Assembly (NCBI RefSeq): GCF_006345805.1
Contig: NC_042997.1
Location: forward strand, 179,242,001 to 179,306,000
DNA: 64,000 nt
From: Octopus sinensis
Lineage: Eukaryota
Reading direction: 5' to 3'
Below are positions 26,213 to 39,854 of this stretch, one piece after another. How positions within the stretch are numbered: the stretch's first letter is position 1; each line of letters starts with the position of its first letter. The translations under genes and the position numbers were made by a program. Below the pieces are notes generated by a model. The model was not told where the DNA came from and searched no databases. It worked only from the letters and a program-made list of their open reading frames with translations.

Positions 26213-27984
26213 ATTTCTGCTATTATGTCTCCTATATTTCCCCATACAACTATCCCCTATGGATCCAGCGAATAATATATATCTCTGTTTACTAAACTAT
26301 TACTCAAACTAAGCCGTATATATCATATAATGAAAAAGATAAAATAAAGTTGAAATTTTGTTACTAACAGTTAGTGATAGGTATTCAGCCGATCCAATAA
26401 TTTGATATAAAGCATAGAATCTACCTATAAGTATACGTCTTAAAAGATAAAAATTAAAAATTAATATTTCAAATAGAAAGTAAGATTTTGAATAGAAGAT
26501 ATATTAAAGTAAAATCAAAAACTATACTAATAAAGGCAATATTTAAAAATATAGATTACAGAGTAATGTAAAGGGTGAATATATAATATCGTAAATAAAG
26601 AGAGAACTAAAAGATAATTACAAATTATAAAGACATCATAAACGATAAAAAAAAATTATCGACACGCACACCCTATCGGCTATACAATGTAAATTGAATA
26701 TAACTGTAACGTTACATCTTAGAATACAAAAAGTAAAGTTATTAATAGAAGATACATAAAATAAAATTAAGCAATATGAATAGAAAGTATGATATATAAT
26801 ACAAAACTAGGTACCAAAACTGTGATACCATGAATAAGGAGAAAAGTATGACAACTAAGCAATATCATATTGAAGGAAAATCAGAGCCGTTCGTCTGGGA
26901 TTGAGTAACAGATATTTAAGAAATCTGCGATGTAAAGGGAATCCGTAAAGGGTATAAGTATAGGTATAAAGTAAAATATAAAGTATAGTAGAGAAATTCT
27001 GATACGAAGAAAACACAGTTTAAGTTTCCATCAGTGATTCTTAATCAAAGATTATGACCGAAGATGTAAGCGTAGTTAATTTGTATTTCAAGAAAAGTTC
27101 TCCAAATGAGATGCGAGTACCTCACGATAATCTGGAATTTATTTATCAGGATGTTTTTGTATGTCGCTATAGCAGAGTCCACGGTATTCTTCGCCGTTGG
27201 TGAAAGATGTAGCGCATCTGGATAATGATTAGATATTTCATTCTTAAAAGAATGCATATGATTTCAGGGTCGTGCTTTGAGGTATCTGAAGTTGAGAGAC
27301 GTATGCGAGATTTCACTGACACCCTCATCCACTGAGAAAGATATACACCCGGAATGCAAAGATAGAACGGAAATATTCTTAACACTTTGTCTACGGTTGC
27401 AAATATTCTACCATCCTAACGCACACACCTACGTACGTAAGTATCTACCTATTTACCTACCTATATAACTACATACACCCATATATAAATACATAATATA
27501 TACACACAAATATATATATATATACATTCATACATACATTCTTACATACACGAGTGTCTTCATCAGGGTTTCCAGTGACCAAGTCATCATTACAAAATAT
27601 CTCGAGATTACGGTAGAAGACATGTCCCATTGAATGTGTGTGTGTGTGTGTTTGTGTATCAGCGTTGGATAAAGCATATGCATGTACAATCATATTTAAA
27701 ATCTTTGGTTCATTGTAAAATCCTGTAAATTATGTTCTGAAAATCCGACATCTTCGTAATGATTGTCATGGAGATGTATTATTTGTTCTTTATTTTACTG
27801 GACAAATATTTATTTTCTAACTGAAACCATTAATGAAAGTAAATGAATATTAATTTTTAAAGAAACTTAAAATTGATATCATGAAAAGTGATGTGGATGG
27901 TTATTATATTTAAAAAGTTAATGCATAAGTTTGATTTTATTATTGATTATGCAATTTGTTTACACTCATTTCAAGGCATGGTTG

Positions 27985-28215
27985 TCATTATCATTTAACG
28001 TATATTTTCCATGTTGGCATAGGTTCGACAGGTTGACAAGAACTGGCAGAAGATTATGCCATGCTTCAACGTCTGCATCGGCATAGTTTTTTATGACTGG
28101 ATGCCCTTCCTAATGCCAGCCAGATTACAGAGTGCACTGTGTGATTTTTATGTGGCACAGGCAAGGTGCCATTCTTTCTTGAGCTAGATACCCCTCGAAC
28201 CACTCTATAGAGATT
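27985..28215 (-). mobile_element. RTE-type 3'-tail repeat, second copy
   Basis: CATTATCATTTAACGT…GGATGCCCTTCCTAATGCCAGCC, similar to 9605-9960. Confidence 0.65.
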
Positions 28216-29219
28216 ACTGGCAGTATTTCCAATGCTTTTAACGTGATATTAGGTTCAATGTGTGGGATGAGATTAATGTATACTATAGAGATAAAAGTAG
28301 AGAATAATAACGAGGTATAGCTAGCCCAGTTGGGAGACAAAGGAGAGAGAAAACTGAGGATGAGGAGAGGTTTATATAGCTCACATGTTTGAGTATTTTA
28401 TAGTTCAAAAGAATATAATAATCTGTGCTTTCAAACTTCAAATTCACTACACGCTTTTTAAATTATTGTTTTTGTTTTTGTTTCGAAATTTTGTAATTTG
28501 TGTTTAAATGGTGTCAAGCGATGTGACAATAAATACTGTATCCTGCTGTGTTCCTCAAGGCTCTGCGTTGTGTTCTCGAGAAAAAAACACACTTCATTTC
28601 ATGTTTTTCCAGTCAAGGCAGTTGTAAATATGTAAAACTACACCGGGCCCGGTGTCCCGGTTGGAATCTTGTGATATCAATCAGTTATACTTCGTGGAAA
28701 CAGGGTAGGACTATTTATGACAGTACTTATGTTGGCTTAAAATCTTGTGCAATACTAATTCATTATCAAATGTTGAAATATTTCGTAATACATCTCACTC
28801 ATGTCACCAGTTATTGAGATACAATGGATAAAAGTATGAATTATTAGGAAATAGTTAAATGATAAAATGACAATATAAAATTGAATATATACAAATTCGT
28901 ATACCTTAAATTGAGAATGAAACGTGTCTGTGTGAGTACGTGCATGCGTGTGTATGTGTGTGTTTTGTCTGTGTACATTAGGCCGGCTGTTCACGCCAAG
29001 AGATAGACAGAAACAATACACAGATATGTACAGTCAACCAAAGGGCTGATTGAACGAAACTGTCGTTCGGAAATTTAATTGCTGTTTACCATACACATGA
29101 ATAAACATATATCAGGCTTACACAATCCTTAACACAAGTACTTTTGTGTTTTTGTGCAACAAAGTAAACAAATATATATACGGTTGTCTATGTATTTGTG
29201 AGCAAATGTGTTTTAGTAA

Positions 29220-29277
<58 letters not shown>

Positions 29278-29278
29278 G

Positions 29279-29330
<52 letters not shown>

Positions 29331-29475
29331 CCTAAAGCACTAAATGTTAGCGTGTTGAAACAATGTTAAGCTACATTGATTTATCACAATTGTACATAGT
29401 GTTTAGAATGGTATCGCTTCATATATGTGTATATACACACGCACAAACACACACACGTATACATACATATATATG

Positions 29476-29532
<57 letters not shown>

Positions 29533-29815
29533 ATCTAAGTACAAATAAAGCAGTATAATTAAACATTTCAAATCAACAAAAGAAAGTCAATATATAGAAC
29601 CACGATTGAGAAAATAATCGAATTGGTCATGAAATGATAGGTTGCAAAGAATAGAAGAGGAAAAATAAACTCAACTAAGAAGCAATAAAGCGGAATCACT
29701 CTCTTAATTGCACTGTCGATATTTCGTTGTAAGGAAGGGAGCTATAAGCGCGCGCGAACACACACACATGTACACAGACACGCACACAAACACCCATATA
29801 TGTATATATACACAG

Positions 29816-29849
<34 letters not shown>

Positions 29850-29994
29850 ATGCAGCTATGTATATGTGTATATGTACGTTCATATGTGTGTACAAATACG
29901 CGTATATATAGATGTTTGTGTGTGTGTATTTTAGACATGTATTTCTTCTTTAGTACTTTATTATCTAAGTCAATCACGAACACCATTACATATA

Positions 29995-30700
29995 CGAAGT
30001 TTGATCAATAAGTATCCGGACTAGTACTATAAAAGTAAATTTCCAGCACGTATCAATCTGGTATTTAATATCCTTCAAAGTACTCCTCTTTGCATTCACT
30101 TTGATTTCTTCGACGTCTTGAAATCTTCCTTTCAAGCGGGATTAGATTTTTGAAAAGAGGCAAAAAGAGCAAGTGGCGAGATCTGAGGAATACGCTGGCT
30201 GTCGGACCTGGAGAATGCTGTGCCTAGCCAAAAACTGTTGCAGAAGCTGCGCTGAATTGGCAAGTGCGTCGTGTCAGCTGAAGCAGTTTTGGCACAAACT
30301 TGGCAGACACGCGTCTCATATCCAAATCTTCAGCGATAATGGACTGAACTGAACCGTAACTTACCTGCATGTCCTCTGATAACTCATGCATGGCAATTCG
30401 ACGATTTCCCCTCACAGCTACACGTGCGTCAAGGATGGCTTTTAACAGTCCTATTGGTTGCGGGTCTCTCAAAACATTCGTCACTATCGACATTTATTCA
30501 GCTAATACACTCCTCTACATACACTTTCTCCAACTTTGCGTAGGCCTCTAAGCAAGTATTACCAAGATTTTGGCAACATTTGATGCAGATTCATGGTCAA
30601 TGCGACGATCACACGCTACACACGTTCCTTTCAAGCACTGCTGTAAACATCGGAATTAAGCTAGAACTTTAAAACTTACTGTGCATGCACAACAGCGTTC
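29995..30700 (-). mobile_element. Mariner (Tc1/mariner) transposon remnant, internally deleted
   Basis: TA|CGAAGTTTGATCAATAAGTATCCGGAC TIR at the left end. Minus-strand translation ICIKCCQNLGNTCLEAY…, SYGSVQSIIAEDLDMRRVSAKFVPKLL, then YSSDLATCSFCLF…LKGRFQDVEEIK (YSPDLAP-like). The catalytic D,D segment is missing. Confidence 0.92.
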
Positions 30701-32918
30701 AAGGTCTTTCTGTGCTAAGCGACTTTACTCTATGTGCTGTATCTTCGTTACTATGGCAATATGTGTATGATACATACATACAAACACATACACGTACATC
30801 TATGTTTATTTATTTAGAAATGCATATATGTTTTCAAGTATGTATGTGTGAATGTTTTTGGGGTGTCTAAATACAGTAATATATGTATATATACACACAC
30901 ACCATACACACAAGAAAATACATATACACATGATCAAGTATATTATGTAGTTGATATCAATGGGTAAATAATGCTGATATGTTATTCTTGTATACTTCAT
31001 TGCTAAACACATATTACTAAAATGTTAATAATACTTCGTTATCATTCCCGGGTTCTCTCCGGTGAAAGCGTGCAATATTTACCTAAATAAATCTTGTGCC
31101 ATTTATGCAGCCAGTCGTTTTGTTACCTTTTATAGAAAATCTTATGCATTTCTCTTTAGTGAAGGAAAACAAATAAGATCTATGTTTTATAATGATAAAA
31201 GGCGTTTGCCTACCCGTCCAAATAGTGTAACGTAAAAACATGTAATAATATATTCGCTTAAAATTTTTAATTTAATTAATATTCGAATTTCTAATCAAAT
31301 AATTATACACAAAAGATAATCGAAATTTTATATCGGCATTAATTATTTTAATATATTGGCAACAATATATTTAACACAAGAAAAATCAATGTGTTAATGA
31401 GTGCAGGATAAGGATGATATAGAGTAAGAGAGAAATGGAGAAGAGAGGGGGGATAGAGAGAGAGTAAGAGGCATAGAGAGAGTATGTTCACGTGGGTGCA
31501 TGTGCGCATAGTTGAAAAGTACAGAATTTTAAGCAAAGACAAATAAGCGAAATACCGTTTGTACAGTTAACAGTTTGTCGATGTGTTGTATATATGGGAG
31601 TTCTATCAAAATGTCTAACGCTAATGCCAGTAAAGATTATTGAGTTCCCCCATAGTAAGGAGGGGAAAAAAACGTTTTGCTCAATGATTAATCCTGGTGA
31701 AGAAAGCCAAAGGAGATAACTCGCAAATTTGAATTAATTCAAATTAATGCAAACTAGTTTGGGAGCAATTCATTGTGGTATGAGTTTTCTGTTTGGTAAA
31801 TATGGTGACAAGTCGGAAGAAGTTTGCCTTTATTAAACCTATTCTGTGAAGCAAAGTATCCACTTTCACTCGACACTTCGACTGAAAACTATTGAAATAA
31901 CCGCATTATGATTTTTTAAAAGAAAAAGCCTGTAGAAAATTACCTCTCTGTATATAAAACATTTCATATTTAAATAATTATGCGTTATTTGCAATCCGGT
32001 GTTCTCGCCCCTACTTTGATTACCACTTTTATTATTTTCACAACTCTACGGATATAATTATAATTAAAAAATGTTTTTCTTCACTACATTAAAATATGTG
32101 ACCGTCGACTTAACTACTTGCTTTCGTCTGTCAGCATTTTCTTTCTTTGCTATACTATTTATAAATTCATGTCTTATTAACATGATCATAAATTTCAAGG
32201 TATACTTCTATAAAAAGGCATTGACAATATACTCAAAGCCCCTAAGTTTTGCTTATAAACAGCGGTCACCTGCCAAAATAACTACTTTAAATTGTTTGAG
32301 CTCGGCCTTTCCCTCATTATAAAAACAAGTTTTAAACAACACTGTAAAACTTCAAAACGCTTTTAACTGCACATATAACATCCATTAAAAAACGCTTATT
32401 CCATCCAAACTTGTCATTAATTTGAAGCTTTTAAACTATACAGGTTCTAAAAATTGTATCAACAACCAGGAAAAATCATTAATATCCCTATTAAAAATGA
32501 ATGGTTGATCTAAACATACGTAATTCATACATTATCCAGAATAACTACAAAGTAAAAGTTTTTAGTCAAAACAAGTGTATAAATATCGAACTTCATAGCA
32601 GCGATATTGGTCATTGGTGGTAACATAAAAGTAAAGATAAAAAACTCCGCGAAGGTGCTGTAATAAATCGGCAACTATACAGTTGAATATTAATTTTCAG
32701 GGTTTCTTAGAATTTTATATAAAATATTCTGGAGAAGTTTTCCAGAAAGCTTTGACATTAGTTAAATCATTTACTAGCTTAATGTTGAAAGTAAGGAAGA
32801 TACACCTCTTTTCTAGTGTTTCTTATGGGCTAAAAAGTAAATCGGTGAACGTACCCACGTGCTATCATAAAACTGCGAAATTATTGGACTCGTACAGTTT
32901 AGATAATCTTAAAAATAA

Positions 32919-33148
32919 GGCGGCGAGCTGGCAGAATCGTTAGCACGCTGGGCGAAATGCTTAGCAGTATTTCGTCTGCCGCTACGTTCTGAGTTCAAAT
33001 TCCGCCGAGGTCGACTTCGCCTTTCATCCATTCGGGGTCGATAAATTAAGTATCAGTTACGCACTGGGGTCGATATAATCGACTTAATCTGTTTGTCTGT
33101 CCTTGTTTGTCCTCTCTGTGTTTAGCCCCTTGTGGGTAGTAAAGAAAC
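32919..33148 (+). mobile_element. SINE family A, full length with 14-bp TSD
   Basis: GGCGGCGAGCTGGCAGAATCGTTAGC head with A/B-box-like motifs; TSD AGATAAT(C/T)TTAAAA at 32901 and 33149. Confidence 0.95.
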
Positions 33149-33663
33149 AGATAATTTTAAAACAGCAACTGGTTCTCTCAGCATACTATTTTTCGGTGTG
33201 TCCGGTTGTTAGATTGTCTGTATGCGAAGTGAAATATATAAATGGCTCATTTTTGAAACAGCAACTCCAGATTCCGAAAAATTGACCCATGACTATACCG
33301 CAAATAACACACATTAATGAAACCATTGCAAATTTATAGAAAACAAACTCACAATGATGTTTTAATGCAGGTATTAGGATAAATATTTGAATAACAATGC
33401 AAACACTTTTAAGGTAATATGGTACAAAATAGTCTGCAACATCAAACGAACAGATAGTCTTTTTATTAGTATAACACACATTTTAGTGTATATTACTTAT
33501 TTTAAAACATTTAGCAATAACTTTCCACATCAATCCAACAAAACAGTCTCTATTTTGTCCTTCGATCACTTATTAAAGGATATATATATAAACATACAAG
33601 TTTTTATACATACGTACATAATACATACATACTTACATTCATTAATACATGTTCATATAGATA

Positions 33664-33830
33664 TCTTTTACTTCATTCAGTGATTGGAAAGCGGCCATGC
33701 TGTGGCACTACCCTGAATGTTTATTAGAATGAATCAAACCTAGTACCTATTTTTTTCAAACCTGTTAATCATTCTGTCGGTTTATTTTGCCTAACCACTG
33801 AATTGCTAAGTTGCGGCGACAGAAATACAA
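33664..33830 (-). mobile_element. Degenerate 3' half of SINE family C/D
   Basis: GCGGCCATGCTG(T)GGCAC and ATTCTGTCGG motifs; reverse complement of 34125-34299. Confidence 0.7.
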
Positions 33831-33899
33831 TCACAGACACACAAATATATGCATGTATGTATGTGTGAAACTGAAACAATTTACAGAATTTAAAGCATA

Positions 33900-34299
33900 G
33901 GCGCAGGAATGGCTGTGTGGTAAGTAGCTTGTTTACCAACCACATGGTTCCGGGTTCAGCCCCACTGCGTGGCACCTTGTAGTGTCTTCTACTATAACCT
34001 CGGGCCGACCAAAGCCTTGTGAGTGGATTTGGTAGACGGAAACTGAAAGAAGCCCGTCGTATATATGTATATATATATATGTGTGTGTGTGTGTGTTTGT
34101 GTGTCTGTGTTTCTCCCCCTAGCATTGCTTGACAACCGATGCTGGTGTGTTTATGTCCCCGTTACTTAGCGGTTCGGCAAAAAGAGACCGATAGAATAAG
34201 TACTGGGCTTACAAGAGAATAAGTCCCGAGGTCGAGCTGCTCGATTAAAGGCAGTGCTCCAGCATGGCCGCAGTCAAATGACTGAAACAAGTAAAAGAA
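33900..34299 (+). mobile_element. tRNA-derived bipartite SINE (family C head with CORE-like domain, internal (TA)/(TG)n, D tail)
   Basis: GGCGCAGGAATGGCTGTGTGGTAAG…GGTTCAGCCCC head; tail GTGCTCCAGCATGGCCGCAGTCAAATGACTGAAAC. The CORE likeness is from recall. Confidence 0.92.
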
Positions 34300-34825
34300 T
34301 ATATATATATATATATATATATAGGTGAGTAATCATGTGCCTATTTAAGTGTGTGAGCATATATGTGTGTATGTGTATGTGTATTTAAGTGAATAGAATG
34401 TACAAGGGTGAGGCATTAGTTGCATATCTTGACACATATATTTTTATATACAATGCACAAAATGTCCATTTGAACATGATCCTACACCATTGTGGATCAT
34501 AAAAATATAAATGTTAGCGACATGCAGATAAGAAAATGATATATGAAAAAATGAGTTATTTTCAAACGATGTGTGTCTGTAAGGCTAACACAGGAATTCT
34601 GCTTGCATATATTACAAGAGAAGGGAAGTATTGGAAGTTCCATAATCAGAGAAAATCTGAGGGATAAGTGTCAGGATAAAATCCATTCGGCAAACTTCTG
34701 GAAGAGATATAAGTAGAGCTTTTATTGTAGATGGTACAGGGCAACTACTACAACTCTGAATGAGCAGAATTTCCTTTGACTGTTGATTAGCAGCCTTCAC
34801 TATGTGATCTCATACTTTCTCTATT

Positions 34826-35027
34826 ACTCTTTTACTTGTTTCAGTCATTTGACTGGGACCGTGCCAGAGCACCACTTTTGGTCGGGCAAATCGACCCCAG
34901 GACTTATTCTTTGTAAGCTTAGTTTTTATTCTATCGGTATATTTTGCCGACCCGCTAAGTTACGATGTAGTAAACACACCAGCATCGCTTGTCAAGCGAT
35001 GCTGGAGGGACAAACACAAACACACAA

Positions 35028-35074
<47 letters not shown>

Positions 35075-35318
35075 GATATAGGCGGTGAGCTGGCAGAAAC
35101 GTTAGCACGCCGGGCGAAATGCGTAGCCGTATTTCGTCCGCCGTTACGTTCTGAGTTCAAATTCCGCCGAGGTTGACTTTGCCTTTCATCCTTTCGGGGT
35201 CGATAAATAAAGTACCAGTTACGCACTGGTGTTGATGTAATCGACTTAATCCCTTTGTATGTCCTTGTTTGTCCCCTCTATGTTTAGCCCTTTGTGGGCA
35301 GTAAAGAAATATATATAT

Positions 35319-35368
<50 letters not shown>

Positions 35369-35500
35369 ACGTGCTTCTTTCAGTTTCCGTCTACCAAATC
35401 CACTCACAAAGCTTTGGTCGACCCGAGGCTATAGTAGAATACACTTGCCCAAGATGCCACGAAGTGGGACTGAACCCGAAACCATGTGGTTGGTAAACAA
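34826..35500 (-). mobile_element. SINE family C/D on the minus strand, interrupted by a family A SINE
   Basis: D tail 34826-35000 and C head 35366-35500 are both reverse complements of 33900-34299. Confidence 0.9.
35081..35310 (+). mobile_element. SINE family A, full length, nested in the internal microsatellite of a C/D SINE
   Basis: Close match to 32919-33148. Confidence 0.95.
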
Positions 35501-38244
35501 AACGTTATCTAAAAATTTCGGACAAATTTCATCTGGCATAAAAGTTACACAAACGGTATAATAATAATTCCGTCGAGTATTTTCGAATGAAACCTAAATA
35601 TCCCGTTGCAAATACCATCATGTACATTGGACGCAGTCTAGAATATAAAAATTAATTCTAGGTCTCTACAACCTCAGTTTAGCATTCAAAAACTTGTGAA
35701 ATTAATACGTGTCTAGAAATTACACATACACACACAAGCACACACATGCATATATGCATGTTTGTATGTAATATGTGTGTGATAGCGTGCGTACTTGCAA
35801 ATTAATGTGTGATTCAATGTGACGCATTCTTTTATATGAAGCAAACTTAAGTTGCCGACATGGCTGATATGGATTTATAAATGGAGAGGACAATGTGTAA
35901 AAGTGCAGCTATATGACTTAGTTATAACATCCATGCTATCATTTTCGCAACGCAAACTGAATGGTAATATTTCTGTTAAAATCTAATGTTATTTGATAGT
36001 CATTCATTTTTTCTTCACTAACACATGCGAGATTGATGTCCAATGCGTATTCACAAGATTCATGGATAACAATTTAATCATTTTCAAATAAATAGTTAAA
36101 GTAGAATGAAACAGGCCAGAAGAAAAAAAAAATCACAAAATGAACTCAGAAAGAAAAAAAAACATCTAAGCCTAAATTATACGATCAAAACTATTATATT
36201 TATGTTTTAAAGAATGACAGCAGAGACACATTGGAAATTTTAAGTTAAATGTATATTTAATGAGGTCTTTCTCGTTCTTGTTTTCCAGTTGTTTTTCGTT
36301 GTATTGATGTTATGTAAATATATTTAGTACAGCGTCAGTGAAATGCATAATCCGAATGGCAAAAGAAAAATACACAGGCGTAATATGGATTGTGAAATGC
36401 AGAATATGTCAAGGGTTATAGATATTGATGTGTTGTTAGCCATATCATTTCATTTCAAAGAGAACGCGTGAACTATTTTGTATCTTTTTAGGCTCTAGAG
36501 ATATTTACAATTATAAAAGTGCGTACTCTTACATGAATACACAATACACATAGAAATATGCAGTTAAACACATTCGCGTATTCAAATAATCACATACACG
36601 CGTTTGCGCACACATGCACACACATACGCTCACGCGCAAGCGCACAAAAATACATTGTGAGTAAAATATGGCGCCTCTAAGTATTTGCTCTATCTGCTAG
36701 AAACTACGATCCAATATCTCCTATATCACAGTTTATTGTCTCATAAAAAAGTGGAGTATATTCTTTAACGTTGTTTTAGATATGCTATATAAGATATATT
36801 TAAGACACACATCATTGAAAACTAATTACAAGTGAATATGTGATGAGGAAAGAATAGAAATATTCAATGCTTAATATTCGTATTCACATCGTTCTTTTAA
36901 ATACAGGAGACAACTGTGGATATATTTCCCTCTTATTCTGACCCCCTTTTCAATAAAAAAACTGAAAGAATCAGCAAAGAAACTTACGAAAATGTAATTT
37001 TCTTGATGTAAGAAAATAGAATAATTTAGAAATTGAATAACTGAAAGGCACCGCATGAAAGGCACCAGACGAAAGAAAGTCAGTAATCAAGTTACTGTAG
37101 GCGTATTTACCTCAAAGAGCATTACAAAAGCTAACACAATGCATAAGAAAGTAAATGGCTGTGAAAGTGTCAATGAATGGATATTGTAATGGAGTGAAGA
37201 AACGGAGGAGAAAAGGAGAAATGTAGAATTTCAAATTATATAAGTTTTGCTGTCACAGAGTGATGTGGCTGCTAATTCTCGCAGTTCACTTGATCAACGT
37301 TCTTGTTGACCCAAATAGTAACTCACATTCCTAAATATTTAAGCATTTTCAATCCATATATGTTTTCATTAAATAAGTAACGTTTCCCAATGTATTCCCG
37401 CCACAAAAAGACAAAAAGAATAGAAAAGAATCAATGGAAACTACATATTTTGAAAATAATTTGTCATTGGTATAAAATTACACCAACTCTAAATATGTAG
37501 AAATCGGTGCAGTATATTTAGGTTTAACGTTGAAAGGATTTCAAGTAAGCACCATGGTAGTTCAGGGATTTACAAAGAGATAACTCTGCTGCTGAATTAT
37601 GAATATGCATACACAATATTTAATACTGTACCAAATGCAATAATTTCTCCTCTATAACGCCGGGTGGGCTCTCCTAATTATCTCTTTCACAAACTTTCGT
37701 ATCAGTTCCACAATAAACTGGAGTATCACACCATAGTGTCTTCTAAAATACATATTGAGGCATTTCTGCATTTCTGTATGATGCATGCAATTGGTTAAAG
37801 TTAGGTAGAACTGCTCTGTGAAGTCGATGTCTTCGTGCAGTAACAAAACCAAAATGTCTCAAGAAAAACAATATATACAAACACATCCATGACACCATGA
37901 ACTCGAAATACTCACTACGTTCTACCATAAGCGCAAAAGGCTTACAATTCCTAAATATAAAATAAACAACTGGTAAAGCAACTACCGTATATCTTTCGCC
38001 GTGTAAACGAAACATATTTGCCTTTCACAGGCTTCAGTTATGGACTATACGCAGAAGTGAATTTATACCAATCACATAGAAATCGAATTACAATGGCTCT
38101 AATGCATTCTCTGCAACATAAACACAAAACAGACGCAGAATGTTAACCCAGTTAGCGTTACAGATATCAAACGTACCGAAAATATCTTCACTCTTGTGCT
38201 TCAGTCCTAAACATACTGCTATACAACTTTAACTTAGAAGCTAT

Positions 38245-38427
38245 GTTTTACTTGTTTCAGCCAGTGAACTACAATCGTTCTGGGGCACCGCTTAAAGGTA
38301 GTAGTCGAATAAGTCGATACAGGAACTTAGTTTTTAATGTCCGGTACTTATTCTATCGTATTTTTTTTTTGTCGTTTTGGCTGAATATCTAAATTATAGG
38401 AATGTAAGCACGCACACACACACACAC

Positions 38428-38479
<52 letters not shown>

Positions 38480-38580
38480 GACAGGTTCTATTCAGTTTCC
38501 ATCTATCATAAGGCATTGATCGTCCCGATATCATAGAAGATGTTGCGCAGTGGAACTAAACTCATAACCACTTGCTTAAA
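38245..38580 (-). mobile_element. Degenerate SINE family C/D
   Basis: CTGGGGCACCGC and GTACTTATTCTATCG (D), microsatellite, then TTCAGTTTCC…GTGGAACTAAAC (C). Confidence 0.75.
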
Positions 38581-39019
38581 AGCCTGACATGCCTCGCCAT
38601 ATTGACAGGGTATATATTTCATACTTGGGTTTCCTCGACTCTTTTCTAACTCAATCATGTACAAACATGACCCATCGGTGTTTGAGATAGGAATAGACTA
38701 GTAGAAGAATATAAACCTCCTTGCTATTCTTACAGTAGGTAAAGATATGCAAAATTTCATAAAAGTTTATAATAGTTCAGAATCGCTCTATGGTCGATAT
38801 TTATCTAAGAACCACGCATATTGAAGACATCTTGCGACTTGCATTTTAAAGCCTGAAAGTATTTAGAACATAGAAATATTGTCTGGGAGAGTGAATGGTT
38901 TTTTAATTTATGCATATATGCAACGAATTACATTTCTCTCGCTTTTACTCTCTCTCTTTCTCTTTCTCTATCTACCTAACTATCTATCTATCTACTATTC
39001 ATTTAATATTCACTCACTG

Positions 39020-39279
39020 TCACCACGCGCTCGTGTTCATACTCGTAGACGGACTCGTAGGCATATGGCCTCTAACACTTATATTCCACAAACATCAATA
39101 GGAATTGTGCTATCTCCAAAGTTTAGAAGAATTACGGAGGGACCAGTCTGTCATCTATTGTTGCAAAAATGGTCAACATGATACTCAACCGAATAGTCTA
39201 AAATAGAAAAACAATTGCGACCAAATCAAGACGGATGCAGATCAGGACGGTCAACAACATCTCATACTATCGCACTATA

Positions 39280-39344
<65 letters not shown>

Positions 39345-39605
39345 ACAGTTTGAATCCCAGTTCCCCTTGCCCTCGTACATTCTACGCATTACATAGTCCA
39401 GAACGATGGCGAATAGATAAGGTGCGAGCGTGTCGCCGAGCGAGATATAATTGCCAATCAGAAATTCGAGTCCGCGTGTATCATGTAAGGCTAGAGATGG
39501 GAACGATGACCTCCCCTCACAAATACTAATCGGACACAGAATGTGTGTCGTTAGCCAGCCGGAGGAGATGTCTTCCTGGGGCTATAAACGCCAGACTTAG
39601 TTGGC
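39020..39605 (+). mobile_element. RTE-clade LINE remnants (RT N-terminal part and C-terminal part, split by (TA)n)
   Basis: Frameshifted KNYGGTSL…SIVAKMVNMILNRI…IEKQLRPNQDGCRSGRSTTSHTIAL; later NDDLPSQILIG (RLPKQILFG-like). Confidence 0.75.
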
Positions 39606-39640
39606 AATATATATATATGTTTTGTTTTGTTTTGTTTTTG

Positions 39641-39854
39641 TTTTTCCAGTTTCAGCTCTTGAGCTGTGGCCATGCTGGGGCACCGCCATTGTGGTGAAAG
39701 AGTACAGCAGGGATCACCACCCCCTGCCGGAGCCTCGTAGAGCTTTTAGGTGTTTTTTCGCTCAATAAACACACACAACGCCCGGTCTGAGAATCGAAAC
39801 CGCGATCCTGCGACCGCGAGTCCGCTGCCCTAACCACTAGGCCATTGCGCCTCC
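39641..39854 (-). mobile_element. tRNA-derived SINE family B, internally deleted, ending in a D-like tail
   Basis: Reverse complement of GGCGCAATGGCCTAGTGGTTAGGGCAGCGGACTCG…; tail GGTGCCCCAGCATGGCCACAG. Confidence 0.92.

Noticed and set aside
28640-28655. 16-bp GC palindrome ACACCGGGCCCGGTGT
   Set aside because: Too short to interpret without copies or context.
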